Shown here in pieces: positions 1 through 9,617 of a DNA stretch of 64,000 nt. The translations under genes and the position numbers were made by a program. Under the pieces are notes generated by a model. The model ran no database searches. It had not been told where the DNA came from and was given only the letters and a program-made list of their open reading frames with translations. Each line of letters begins with the position of its first letter. Position 1 is the stretch's first letter. The DNA comes from Clostridia bacterium (GTDB taxonomy: Bacteria; Bacillota; Clostridia; TANB77; CAG-465): contig JAZRSA010000020.1 in assembly GCA_045651205.1 (NCBI GenBank), positions 8,214 through 72,213 of the forward strand, read 5' to 3'.

Positions 1-403
1 TATAAAAGTAAAAGCAAATAATCCGATAGCGTTCTATATGTTAGATAATGAAGCAAAATTAACATTAGATAATACACCACAAAAGCTCGATGTGGAATAT
101 GAAATAGAAGAAAATGGCCAAATCAAATTAGAGATGGTAGCTTTAAATGAAAATGTGTTAAGAAACTGGAAAGTGCCAGAAGGTACTAATGAAATAATCT
201 GCGATGGCAGAATATTTAATATGGCGGGACTTGGGTTAAAAGATATAGTGTTTGATCTTAAGTTTAAATTAAATATAGTAGAAGAGATGGGTAAGATAAA
301 TACAGTAGATGTAAGTCTTACATTGCCAAAAGAAGAACTATTAACAAATGGTGCAGATGTTCGTAGATTAGATAGAACAGAGTTTAAATTTAAAGTAAAT
401 TAA
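1..403 (+). CDS. Unidentified protein, probably the C-terminal part of a longer ORF
   Basis: The ORF track gives 38..403. The same frame has no stop from nt 2 to 37, and there is no Shine-Dalgarno before the ATG at 38. The gene therefore probably starts upstream of the window. No family recognised. Confidence 0.4.
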   Translation, partial: IKVKANNPIAFYMLDNEAKLTLDNTPQKLDVEYEIEENGQIKLEMVALNENVLRNWKVPEGTNEIICDGRIFNMAGLGLKDIVFDLKFKLNIVEEMGKINTVDVSLTLPKEELLTNGADVRRLDRTEFKFKVN

Positions 404-447
404 AAGTTTAGCTTGAAAACTAAAAGCGATTAGTGTATAATAACAAA

Positions 448-540
448 AGTCGCTTAGGCAATAAGAAGTTTGTGAACCTTGTCAGGTCCGGAAGGAAGCA
501 GCAATAAATAAATTTTCTTATGTGCCATAGGCGATTTTTT
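448..540 (+). ncRNA. ffs: Signal recognition particle RNA (small 4.5S-like SRP RNA / scRNA)
   Basis: Contains the conserved SRP domain IV core GTCAGGTCCGGAAGGAAGCAGC (481..502). It is flanked by pairing arms TCGCTTAGGCA / TGCCATAGGCGA and followed by a T-run. A promoter TTGAAA-17-TATAAT with TG extension lies upstream (-10 at 436..441). The position directly upstream of dnaX is the classic Firmicute arrangement. The ends are approximate. Confidence 0.75.
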
Positions 541-577
541 GTATATGTAGATATATATAATATAAGGGGTTGAAAAA

Positions 578-2185
578 ATGGCATACGTTGCATTATACAG
601 AAGATATAGACCATTAACTTTTGCGGATATGGTAGGACAAGAACATGTGACAAAGATACTTAAAAATCAGTTGCAAACAGGCAAAGTGTCTCATGCATAT
701 ATATTTAGTGGAACAAGAGGAACAGGAAAGACAACAGCGGCTAAAGTTTTTGCAAGAGCAATTAACTGTTTAAATCCTAAAGATGGAGAACCTTGTAATG
801 AATGTGAAGCTTGTAGAAGCATATTAGAAGGTAACTCTACAGATGTAATAGAAATGGATGCTGCATCTAACAATGGTGTAGATAATATTCGTACAATAAG
901 ACAAGAGGTTGCATATTCTACAACGGGTCTAAAATATAAAGTGTATATAATAGACGAGGTGCATATGTTATCTGCGGGTGCTTTTAATGCTTTACTTAAA
1001 ACATTAGAAGAACCACCAGCAAATGTTGTGTTTATATTAGCAACAACAGAAGAACATAAGATTCTACCAACTATACTTTCTAGATGTATACGTTTTGAGT
1101 TTAAAAAGATTGGTAAACCAGAAATAGTTGAAAGATTAAAATATGTACTAGGAACATTAAATGTTGGTTACGAAGAAGAAGCATTAGAAAGAATAGCATT
1201 CCTTGCAGATGGTGGAATGAGAGATGCTTTAAGTATTCTTGAAAGATGTGTAAATGCATCAAGTGGTGATGTTACAGCTGCTAAAGTTGAAGAGATAGTT
1301 GGAACAGTTCCATCAGAATTAATAGAATCTTTAGTAATAGATCTTTTAGATTATGATGTGAATTCTGCAAATAAAAATGTAAATAAAATATTAGAAAAAG
1401 GTAAAGATTTAAGAAATATAAATGATGCAATCATTGAAGAGTTTTTAGATATATTAATAGGTATTTCTAGTGAATGGCCAGAAACTGTTTCAGATAGAAT
1501 AAAAGAAGCAGCGAATGATGTAAGCACCGCTAGAATAAACTTAATAATAAAACATCTATCTAAGTTAGATGAAGATTTACGACAAAGTACAAATGGTAGT
1601 GTGCTATTTAAAGCGAAAATGCTAGAACTAGCAACTAAGGTACCGGTTTTAGATCAAGATATGCTTCTAGCTAGAATTACAGAATTAGAAATGAAACTAG
1701 AAGAAGTGTTAAGAAATCCACCAACATCTACAAGAACTTCTAAAAAGCAAGAAGAAAAAGTAGAAAGCAAAAAGGAAGCTGAAGGTAAACAAGAAACACC
1801 TGTGGACAATGTGGAAAAAGAAACACAAAAAGAAGAGAAAAGTGTAAAACTTGCAGAAGTTAAATTAGGCAAGAAACCACTTAAAGAATTATCTAAAATA
1901 ATGCAAAGAGCATCAGACGAAGACAACTTAAAAGTATTCTCAGCGTTAGCTGGAACAGATGCCTTTGTAGAAGATAATACAGTTACATTCTCAACTAAAA
2001 ATGGATTTGCTTATGGTGTATTAAATAAAGATGCGTCAAAAGATTATTTAAAACAATTAGTTGAAGATGAAATAGAAAGAGAAGTAAATATTCGCATAGA
2101 ATATATTACAGATACAGCCAAAGACGAAAAGTCTTTTGAGCAAATGATGCAAGGTACAGATGTACCATTTCAAGTTATAGATTAG
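578..2185 (+). CDS. dnaX: DNA polymerase III subunit gamma/tau
   Basis: N-terminus YRRYRP..F.D.VGQEHV and Walker [10 protein letters not shown]. Clamp-loader AAA+ layout with a Lys/Glu-rich C-terminal region. Confidence 0.95.
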   Translation: MAYVALYRRYRPLTFADMVGQEHVTKILKNQLQTGKVSHAYIFSGTRGTGKTTAAKVFARAINCLNPKDGEPCNECEACRSILEGNSTDVIEMDAASNNGVDNIRTIRQEVAYSTTGLKYKVYIIDEVHMLSAGAFNALLKTLEEPPANVVFILATTEEHKILPTILSRCIRFEFKKIGKPEIVERLKYVLGTLNVGYEEEALERIAFLADGGMRDALSILERCVNASSGDVTAAKVEEIVGTVPSELIESLVIDLLDYDVNSANKNVNKILEKGKDLRNINDAIIEEFLDILIGISSEWPETVSDRIKEAANDVSTARINLIIKHLSKLDEDLRQSTNGSVLFKAKMLELATKVPVLDQDMLLARITELEMKLEEVLRNPPTSTRTSKKQEEKVESKKEAEGKQETPVDNVEKETQKEEKSVKLAEVKLGKKPLKELSKIMQRASDEDNLKVFSALAGTDAFVEDNTVTFSTKNGFAYGVLNKDASKDYLKQLVEDEIEREVNIRIEYITDTAKDEKSFEQMMQGTDVPFQVID

Positions 2186-2198
2186 GAGGAAATATATT

Positions 2199-2531
2199 AT
2201 GGCAAGATTTGGAGGATTCCCAGGCGGAGGAATGGGAAACATGCAACAATTAATGAAACAAGCACAAAAAATGCAAGCAGATTTACAAAAGAAACAAGAG
2301 GAAGCAGCAAACACTGAGTTTGAAGTATCTGCTGGTGGTGGAGCAGTTGTAGTTAAAGCAACTGGTGGAAAAGAAATAAAAGAAATACTAATTAAAAAAG
2401 AAGTAGTAGATCCAGATGATGTTGAAATGCTACAAGATTTAGTATTAACAGCAATAAATGAGGCTTTAAGAAAAGCAGACGATATGATGCAAGAAGGACT
2501 AGAGGGATTTAATATACCTGGTTTAATGTAG
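2199..2531 (+). CDS. ybaB: Nucleoid-associated protein YbaB/EbfC
   Basis: 110 aa. Has the typical N-terminus [17 protein letters not shown] and the conserved dnaX-ybaB-recR synteny. Confidence 0.9.
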   Translation: MARFGGFPGGGMGNMQQLMKQAQKMQADLQKKQEEAANTEFEVSAGGGAVVVKATGGKEIKEILIKKEVVDPDDVEMLQDLVLTAINEALRKADDMMQEGLEGFNIPGLM

Positions 2532-2539
2532 GAGTAAAA

Positions 2540-3136
2540 ATGTATTCAGAATCAGTAAAAAAATTAATAGGAGAATTTGAAAAGCTACCGGGAATAGGTC
2601 ATAAATCTGCAGTGCGTTTAGCATTCTATATATTAGAATCAGATGAGTCTGCAGCAAAGAATATGGCGGACGCTCTTTTAGAAGCAAAACAAAAAGTAAA
2701 ATTTTGTACTAAATGTTTTAATTTAGCAGAGTCAGAACTTTGTGAAATATGTGCCAATGCTAAAAGAGATGAAAGCACAATCTGCGTAGTAGAAAACGTA
2801 AAAGACGTTGCTGCTATGGAAAAGACACATGAGTTTAAGGGATTATACCATGTGTTACACGGAGCAATATCTCCTATGAACAATATATCTGCAAACGATA
2901 TAAAAATAAAAGAATTAGTATCTAGACTATCAGATGATAGAATAAAAGAAGTAATACTTGCTACTAATCCAACAATAGAAGGAGAAGCAACGGCAATGTA
3001 TATTTCTAGAATCATAAAAACAATACCTGGAGTTAAAGTTTCAAGAATAGCCCACGGTATACCAGTTGGAGGAGATCTAGAATATACAGATGAGATTACT
3101 TTAATAAAGGCAATGGAAAATAGAAGGGAAATGTAA
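2540..3136 (+). CDS. recR: Recombination protein RecR
   Basis: 198 aa. HhH N-terminus (KLPGIGHKSA), a C4 zinc finger (CTKC...CEIC), and a Toprim domain. Confidence 0.95.
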   Translation: MYSESVKKLIGEFEKLPGIGHKSAVRLAFYILESDESAAKNMADALLEAKQKVKFCTKCFNLAESELCEICANAKRDESTICVVENVKDVAAMEKTHEFKGLYHVLHGAISPMNNISANDIKIKELVSRLSDDRIKEVILATNPTIEGEATAMYISRIIKTIPGVKVSRIAHGIPVGGDLEYTDEITLIKAMENRREM

Positions 3137-3137
3137 T

Positions 3138-4499
3138 ATGGATAAATTTAATGAGCTTAGAAATAAGTATCCAACATTTGAATATTTGTCTTATGACATA
3201 GAAGAATTAGAAGACACAATTAAAGTTACATATAATTTTAATGTGCCTGGTTTAACTATGTTTAATCCTACATGGAAATTTCCAAAAGCAAACTTTGTTA
3301 ATCTATCTAATAGTGATAGAAAAATACTAGAAGCAGCAATATTTAACTTAGGTATGGTAGAAGTTGTGTCATACTTAAAAGCAACTTGTTCACCAACTCT
3401 AATTGTTAAAGCTGGTGTTTTAAATGACGAGCAAATAGCGTGGTATAAAAAGTTATACATAAATGGTTTAGGAGAGTTTTTCTATAGAAATGGTTTAGTA
3501 GAAGCTATGAACATAGATACATTCTTAGACATTAAAGTAGAGAACGACAGCACAGAAACTGTTTTAATGGACAGTAAACTAAATGGCAACTTAGTGCCAG
3601 TGGGTGGTGGAAAAGACTCTAATTTAACGTTAGAAGTGCTTAAAGGAGAAAATAATACTTGCTATATAGTTAATCCTAGAGGAGCGTCTTATGAATCAGC
3701 AAAAATTGCTGGGTATACAGATGAAAATATCTATACTCCAAAGAGAACTTTGGATGCAAGATTGTTAGAGTTAAATAAACAAGGTTTCTTGAATGGTCAT
3801 ACACCATTCTCTGCAATACTTGCTTTCTCATCATATATTTCAGCCATACTTTTAGGTAAGAAATATATTGTATTATCTAATGAAGCAAGTGCTAATGAAG
3901 CTAATGTTGAAGGAACAAATATTAACCACCAATATTCTAAGAGCATAGAATTTGAAAACGATTTTAGAGAATATATATCTAGATTTGTATGTTCAAATGG
4001 ACCAGAATACTTTAGTTTATTAAGACCACTTAGTGAATGGCAAATAGTTAAGGGCTTTATAAAAGAACCAAAATACTTCAAAGTATTTAAGAGCTGTAAC
4101 GTTGGTTCTAAACAAGATATTTGGTGTGAGAACTGTCCTAAGTGTTTATATGTATATATAATGCTAGCAGCATTTTTAGATAAAAAAGATATGGATAAAA
4201 TCTTTAATTCTAATATGTTAAACAATAAAGAATTAAAAGACATATTTAATGGTCTAGTTTATCCAGACTATGATAAACCATTTGAATGCGTAGGAACTAA
4301 GGAAGAAATAAACCTAAGTCTTTCAATGATACTAGCAAGATATAATGAACAAGGAAAAGCGGTTCCGTATCTTCTAAAGAACCATGATGCATCAAATGAG
4401 AACTTAGCAGAAAATATTAAGAATGCAATATATAGCTGGAATGAGGAAAACAATCTTCCAGAAGAATTTGTAAAGAAATTAAAAGAATATGTGATGTAA
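3138..4499 (+). CDS. PP-loop (GGGKDS) ATP-pyrophosphatase-like protein; candidate UDP-MurNAc-L-Ala-L-Glu epimerase (MurL-like)
   Basis: 453 aa with a PP-loop-like motif VGGGKDSN and a C-terminal CxxCxKC. It is tightly coupled to the MurD-type ligase: 2-nt gap from recR upstream and 6-nt gap to the ligase downstream. Size and linkage match my recollection of the MurL/MurD2 pair. No search was run. Confidence 0.45.
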   Translation: MDKFNELRNKYPTFEYLSYDIEELEDTIKVTYNFNVPGLTMFNPTWKFPKANFVNLSNSDRKILEAAIFNLGMVEVVSYLKATCSPTLIVKAGVLNDEQIAWYKKLYINGLGEFFYRNGLVEAMNIDTFLDIKVENDSTETVLMDSKLNGNLVPVGGGKDSNLTLEVLKGENNTCYIVNPRGASYESAKIAGYTDENIYTPKRTLDARLLELNKQGFLNGHTPFSAILAFSSYISAILLGKKYIVLSNEASANEANVEGTNINHQYSKSIEFENDFREYISRFVCSNGPEYFSLLRPLSEWQIVKGFIKEPKYFKVFKSCNVGSKQDIWCENCPKCLYVYIMLAAFLDKKDMDKIFNSNMLNNKELKDIFNGLVYPDYDKPFECVGTKEEINLSLSMILARYNEQGKAVPYLLKNHDASNENLAENIKNAIYSWNEENNLPEEFVKKLKEYVM

Positions 4500-4505
4500 A
4501 GGAGA

Positions 4506-5876
4506 ATGGTCTTGAAAAACGGAATAATAAATGAACTATCAGGTAAAAAGGTATTAATACTTGGATTTGGTAGAGAAGGAAAAAGCACATATAATTTCCT
4601 TAGAATGAACAATGTAGACTGTGTAGTAGGAATAGCAGATAAGAACGATATAACAGATGAGAACATATTAAAATCTGGTGTATTGTTCCATACTGGAGAA
4701 GCATACTTAAATGCAATGAAAGACTATGATGTAATTATAAAGACACCAGGTATTTCATTTAAGGATGTGGATTTAACAGGAATTAAAGATAAAATAACAT
4801 CTCAAACAGAGTTGTTCTTAAAATATGCAGGTCATAAAACAATCGGTATAACAGGAACAAAAGGAAAGAGTACAACATCTTCTTTAATATACAATATGCT
4901 TGTACAAAGCCATAAAGTACTACTAGTAGGTAATATTGGTTTACCAGCATTTGAGATGATAGATTCATATGATGATACAGAATGGTATATTTATGAACTT
5001 TCTTCTCATCAATTAGAATTTGTTAAATCTAGTCCTAGAATTTGTACACTACTTAATATGTTTGAAGAACATTTAGATCACTATGTATCTTATGAAGCAT
5101 ATAAAGAAGCAAAGAGAAATATATATAAATTCCAAAAAGAAGAAGACTACTATGTATATAACAAAGCTATGGCAGAATTAATTAATGGAGATAGAGAATT
5201 AAAACAAAATCTTGTAGCTGTTAACTCAGAAGACTTTACAAATAATAGCACATATTACTCAGCAAATGAAATAAAAATTAATGTAGATGGAAATACAAGC
5301 ATCCTAGAAGTGCCTAAGAATATGGAACTAAAAGGAATACACAATGTATATAACGCGTCAGTTGCAGCTACTATAGCAAAAATAGCTGGAGCATCAGATG
5401 AAGACATATTAACAGGGATAGCTACATTCAAAACACTACCACATAGACTACAAGAAATTGGAGTATATGGTGGAGTAACATACATAGATGACTCAATATC
5501 TACAATACCGGCAGCAACAATATCTGCAGTAGCAAGTGTGGATAATGTGGATACAATAATTGTTGGTGGAATGGACAGAGGGATAAACTATGAAGAATTA
5601 ATAGAGTTTATTCACGATGGAAAAGTTCCAAATGTAATTCTTATGTATGATAGTGGAAAACAAATCTTTGAAAAAGTAAAAACAGATACGACTGCAAATG
5701 TAATATATGCAGATGATCTAGAAAAGGCAGTTATACTTGCAGCCCAAGTAACAGCTAAAGGTAAAACATGTATAATGTCTCCTGCAGCAGCAAGTTACGG
5801 AGTATTCAAAAACTTCGAAGAAAGAGGAGATAAATTCAAAGAGTATGTAATTAAATATACAAGTGCAAATAATTAA
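4506..5876 (+). CDS. murD: UDP-N-acetylmuramoyl-L-alanine--glutamate ligase (MurD family, possibly the L-Glu-adding MurD2 type)
   Basis: N-terminal Rossmann-like LILGFGREGKS and the Mur ligase P-loop GITGTKGKSTT. 456 aa. An alternative in-frame TTG start at 4512 has better SD spacing. Confidence 0.85.
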   Translation: MVLKNGIINELSGKKVLILGFGREGKSTYNFLRMNNVDCVVGIADKNDITDENILKSGVLFHTGEAYLNAMKDYDVIIKTPGISFKDVDLTGIKDKITSQTELFLKYAGHKTIGITGTKGKSTTSSLIYNMLVQSHKVLLVGNIGLPAFEMIDSYDDTEWYIYELSSHQLEFVKSSPRICTLLNMFEEHLDHYVSYEAYKEAKRNIYKFQKEEDYYVYNKAMAELINGDRELKQNLVAVNSEDFTNNSTYYSANEIKINVDGNTSILEVPKNMELKGIHNVYNASVAATIAKIAGASDEDILTGIATFKTLPHRLQEIGVYGGVTYIDDSISTIPAATISAVASVDNVDTIIVGGMDRGINYEELIEFIHDGKVPNVILMYDSGKQIFEKVKTDTTANVIYADDLEKAVILAAQVTAKGKTCIMSPAAASYGVFKNFEERGDKFKEYVIKYTSANN

Positions 5877-5884
5877 AACAACAA

Positions 5885-5910
5885 AACAGCGACTATTTTT
5901 AGTCGCTGTT
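5885..5910. terminator. Hairpin terminator shared by convergent genes
   Basis: AACAGCGACT-ATTTTT-AGTCGCTGTT. There is a T-rich tract on the minus-strand side. It overlaps the stop of the minus-strand gene. Confidence 0.6.
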
Positions 5911-6330
5911 TAATAATGTGTGCAGGAAATTGCTAAACTCATTAGCTATTTCCTGATGCTTGCTTCCGCTTAAACAGAAACAAATGGGACAAGTATTAGT
6001 AGATTTTGAAAGATGGTCATCTTCGCCTTGGAAAAATCTAATTTTGAAGTAGTTTTCTCCTTTTGTAATTTTGAGTTTGTTTCCGGATCTATCAACACCG
6101 GCTTCGCTGCTCCAAATGAGAGTGCAGTTTTTGAAGTGGTAATCTTTGAAGAGTTTGGTGAAGAATTCATAAAAGTATGGTGTTTTTTCTGTGATTAGAA
6201 AATATGCAGGGGTGTAGTCTTGCATAATCCAGTATAAATCACCTGCAAACCATCCCATAATGAACTTCTTACCTCTAGACTCTACAACTATTTGCTTCCG
6301 GTTATCTACGCTTTCTTTATGGATAGTCAT
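5899..6330 (-). CDS. Hypothetical cytoplasmic protein (GC-richer orphan)
   Basis: I place the start at the internal ATG at 6330 (MTIHKESVD...), which is preceded by AAGGAG at 8-nt spacing. The track ORF extends to 6381. No family recognised. Confidence 0.55.
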   Translation of the reverse strand: MTIHKESVDNRKQIVVESRGKKFIMGWFAGDLYWIMQDYTPAYFLITEKTPYFYEFFTKLFKDYHFKNCTLIWSSEAGVDRSGNKLKITKGENYFKIRFFQGEDDHLSKSTNTCPICFCLSGSKHQEIANEFSNFLHTLLNSD

Positions 6331-6545
6331 ATTAATCTCCTTTACATGGCAAATTTGCGTGTATTTACTTGTATTTTGCATACATTATACACCCGCAAAA
6401 GCTAGTAGTAAAGCGATTTATGTTAAATAGCTGTTTTTAAATAACACAATTGTAATATAAATGATAAAAAAATGTCAAAATATTAGTAAAAATGCTTGTA
6501 AAATTATAACTTTATGATAAAATTATTGCATAAAGAGGTGTCGAT

Positions 6546-7235
6546 ATGGAAAAGAAGATATTGATAGTAGACGACGAACCACCTATAGTAGAGGTTCTTA
6601 AATTTAATCTTGAAAAAGATGGCTACAAAACCATAGAAGCATACGATGGTGAGCAAGCTGTTGAGATGGCTCTTACCGCAAAACCGGATTTAATACTTTT
6701 AGATGTTATGCTGCCTAAAATGGATGGCCTTACAGTATGTACAAAGATTAGACAAAAATTAGATTGTCCAATAATTATGCTTACTGCAAAGGACGACGTG
6801 GTAGATAAAATACTTGGGCTAGAACTTGGTGCAGACGATTATATGACTAAACCATTCAGCGTAAGAGAACTTGCTGCCCGTATTAAAGCTAATCTAAGAA
6901 AACGTACAGTTCCTGAAGAAGCGAAAGAAGATAAAGGAACTAACGAACTTAAGCTACAAGATTTAGTGTTAGATGACGAAAAATATGTAGTTAACAAAAA
7001 AGACAAAATAATAGACTTAACAATGAAAGAATATGAAGTGTTAAAACTATTAGTTACTAATGCAGGTCAAGTCCTAACAAGAGAACAAATAATTAAAAAT
7101 GTATGGGGCTATGATTATTTTGGAGATGTAAGAAGTGTTGATGTTACAATCAGAAGAATAAGAGAAAAGATTGAAGACAATACAGCAGATCCTAAATACT
7201 TAAAAACAAAAAGAGGAAAAGGATATTACGTATAA
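6546..7235 (+). CDS. OmpR/PhoB-family response regulator
   Basis: Receiver domain (ILIVDDE, LDVMLP, phospho-acceptor Asp context) plus a winged-helix C-terminus (LTxKEYEVLKLL ... RGKGY). Confidence 0.9.
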   Translation: MEKKILIVDDEPPIVEVLKFNLEKDGYKTIEAYDGEQAVEMALTAKPDLILLDVMLPKMDGLTVCTKIRQKLDCPIIMLTAKDDVVDKILGLELGADDYMTKPFSVRELAARIKANLRKRTVPEEAKEDKGTNELKLQDLVLDDEKYVVNKKDKIIDLTMKEYEVLKLLVTNAGQVLTREQIIKNVWGYDYFGDVRSVDVTIRRIREKIEDNTADPKYLKTKRGKGYYV

Positions 7236-7320
7236 TATAAATATCTTTAATATAAATGAAACGAAGCACCGATTGTTGTACAATTGGTGCTGTGTTATAT
7301 AAAAGGAAAGAGGATAAACT

Positions 7321-8706
7321 ATGTTTAAAAGCATAAGAACTAGTGCTAAAGTAATGGTGTTAGTTTTAGTTATAACAACATTTGTAGTAGTAAATATACT
7401 TGTAAATTATTCGCTTACAGGTAAGTTTGGCTTTTCTATAAATCTTCCAATAGTTGTAACATTTTTCATGGTATTGCTTTTAACTATGCTGCTTATGACA
7501 GCATTCTATAAAAGCTTAATTACACCAATGAAAAAGTTAGAACGTTCTATGAAGAATTTAAGAGATGGAAAGAATGTGGATAGCAGACACCTTGCAAATG
7601 TTACTAAATTAGAAGAAATGCAACAACTAATTAATTCGTATAGCGAAATACTAAATAGTTTGCTTAAGAATAGATTTGAATTAGATAGTCAAGAAAGTAA
7701 GACATCAGTTATATTAAATAGAATGGATGATGGCGTTATTGCTTTCTCTATGCAAAAACAAATAATACATATAAATGGAGCTGCTAAAGCTTTTGCAGAT
7801 ATATCTGATGCAGATGATACTTATGAAAAGGTAATGAAAAAGCTAAAACTAAAAGTGGATTTTGATAAAGTACTATACTTATCTAACTATAAAAACCTTG
7901 AGGAAAAAGTTGAAGTAAACGACAATGTATTAAGCGTAGTATTAGTACCATACCATAATGAAAAGCTACTTCCAATGGGAGTTATTGCAATCCTTAAGAA
8001 TATTACTGAGAATGAAAAGTTAAACAATATGAGAAAAGAGTTTGTTGCAAACGTTTCTCACGAGTTAAAAACACCACTTTGTTCTATTAAAGGATATTCT
8101 GAAACAATGATGGATAGAGAGCTAGATCCAGAAGAAATAAAGAGATTTGCTAAAGTTATAAATGATGAAGCAAATAGAATGGATAGAATAGTTGCAGATC
8201 TATTACAACTTTCTAGATTTGACTATAAAAAGAATGTTTGGGATAGAAACAAACTAAATATAGATGACCTTGCAAAACAAGTTGTAGAAAACCTACAATA
8301 TGTTGCAAAAGAAAAGAAACACAACTTAAAATGTGTTGTTAATATGATACCAGGACCGGTTCTAGCAAGTAAAGATGCTATACAACAAGTTATGACTAAC
8401 ATCATATCTAACAGTATAAAATATACACCAGATGGTGGAGAGATTACTGTATATGTTGGTGCTGCCGGTGGTAAAGCATATCTTAAGTTTGTAGATAACG
8501 GAATTGGTATTCCGGAAAAAGACTTAAAGAGAATATTTGAACGTTTCTATAGAGTAGATAAAGCTCGTTCTAGACAAATGGGAGGAACAGGACTTGGACT
8601 TTCTATTGTTAAAGAAATTGTAGAAGCTCATGAAGGAACTATAGAGATGAAGAGTGAAGAAGGAGTAGGAACAGAGGTAATAGTAACTCTGCCAATAATG
8701 AGATAA
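7321..8706 (+). CDS. Sensor histidine kinase (2 TM, PAS-like, HisKA, HATPase_c)
   Basis: H-box FVANVSHELKTPL, N-box and G-boxes (DNGIGIP, GGTGLGLSIV), and two N-terminal hydrophobic helices. Confidence 0.9.
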   Translation: MFKSIRTSAKVMVLVLVITTFVVVNILVNYSLTGKFGFSINLPIVVTFFMVLLLTMLLMTAFYKSLITPMKKLERSMKNLRDGKNVDSRHLANVTKLEEMQQLINSYSEILNSLLKNRFELDSQESKTSVILNRMDDGVIAFSMQKQIIHINGAAKAFADISDADDTYEKVMKKLKLKVDFDKVLYLSNYKNLEEKVEVNDNVLSVVLVPYHNEKLLPMGVIAILKNITENEKLNNMRKEFVANVSHELKTPLCSIKGYSETMMDRELDPEEIKRFAKVINDEANRMDRIVADLLQLSRFDYKKNVWDRNKLNIDDLAKQVVENLQYVAKEKKHNLKCVVNMIPGPVLASKDAIQQVMTNIISNSIKYTPDGGEITVYVGAAGGKAYLKFVDNGIGIPEKDLKRIFERFYRVDKARSRQMGGTGLGLSIVKEIVEAHEGTIEMKSEEGVGTEVIVTLPIMR

Positions 8707-9479
8707 TGAGAATAATAGACGTACATGCACATTATGAAGATGAAGCATATAATGAAGATAAAGAGCAAGTATTTACAAAGCTTAAAGAAGCGGGCGTAGA
8801 ATTTGTAATTAATGCAGGTGCTGGAATTGAATCATCAATGGGAGCTATAGAAAATGCTAAAAAATATACCAATGTTTATGCTACCATAGGAATTCACCCC
8901 GAGTATGTGAATAATGGGGATAACATAGAGGACTTAAGAAAACTTTATGAGGATAACAAAGATAGTGGAAAGATTGTAGCAATTGGAGAAATAGGATTAG
9001 ATTATCACTATACGAAAGACTTCAAAGAAGCGCAAAAGAAATTATTCAAAGAGCAATTAGAATTTGCATACGAAGTAGGGCTTCCTGTGCAAATACATTC
9101 TAGAGATGCTAGTATAGACACAGTGGAAATCTTAGAAGCTACAGAGAAGAAACCATCTAAAATAATGTTTCACTGTTTTGATCTTAATGAACAAACAGCA
9201 AGATTTATTATTAAAAATGGATACAAGATATCTGTTGGTGGAAATATAACATATAAACGCACAGAAACGGCAATAAACGTATTAAAACAAATGCCTCTAG
9301 AAAGTATAATGACAGAAACAGATGCGCCTTATTTAGCTCCACAAAGCAAAAGAGGCACAAGAAATGATTCCTCAAACATATCTGAGGTAATAGAAAAACT
9401 GGCAGAAATAAAAGGAATGGATAAAGAAGAATTAGCAGAAGTAGTATATAATAATGCTAAAGAATTTTATGGAATATAG
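8706..9479 (+). CDS. tatD: TatD-family metal-dependent hydrolase/DNase
   Basis: N-terminus IDVHAHY, and GEIGLDYHY. 257 aa. The start overlaps the kinase stop (TAATG). Confidence 0.85.
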   Translation: MRIIDVHAHYEDEAYNEDKEQVFTKLKEAGVEFVINAGAGIESSMGAIENAKKYTNVYATIGIHPEYVNNGDNIEDLRKLYEDNKDSGKIVAIGEIGLDYHYTKDFKEAQKKLFKEQLEFAYEVGLPVQIHSRDASIDTVEILEATEKKPSKIMFHCFDLNEQTARFIIKNGYKISVGGNITYKRTETAINVLKQMPLESIMTETDAPYLAPQSKRGTRNDSSNISEVIEKLAEIKGMDKEELAEVVYNNAKEFYGI

Positions 9480-9480
9480 A

Positions 9481-9512
9481 TACCAAGCGCTGTATAGCGC
9501 TTGGTATTCTTT
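9481..9512 (+). terminator. Rho-independent terminator after tatD
   Basis: TACCAAGCGC-TGTATA-GCGCTTGGTA followed by TTCTTTG. Confidence 0.7.
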
Positions 9513-9528
9513 GTAAGTAGACATAAAT

Positions 9529-9557
9529 TTGACTAAAGTTTTCGAAAATGGTATAAT
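9529..9557 (+). promoter_or_regulatory. Sigma-A-type promoter of the kinase gene
   Basis: TTGACT (9529..9534), 17-nt spacer, then TGgTATAAT (-10 at 9552..9557). Confidence 0.6.
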
Positions 9558-9581
9558 ACTAACAGTGACTAAAAATAAATA

Positions 9582-9597
9582 ACCGTTAATTAACGGT
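9582..9597. promoter_or_regulatory. Perfect 16-bp palindrome (candidate operator or 5'UTR hairpin)
   Basis: ACCGTTAATTAACGGT lies between the predicted transcription start and the RBS GAAGGAGGG. Confidence 0.4.
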
Positions 9598-9617
9598 AAT
9601 GAAGGAGGGTTAAACAA

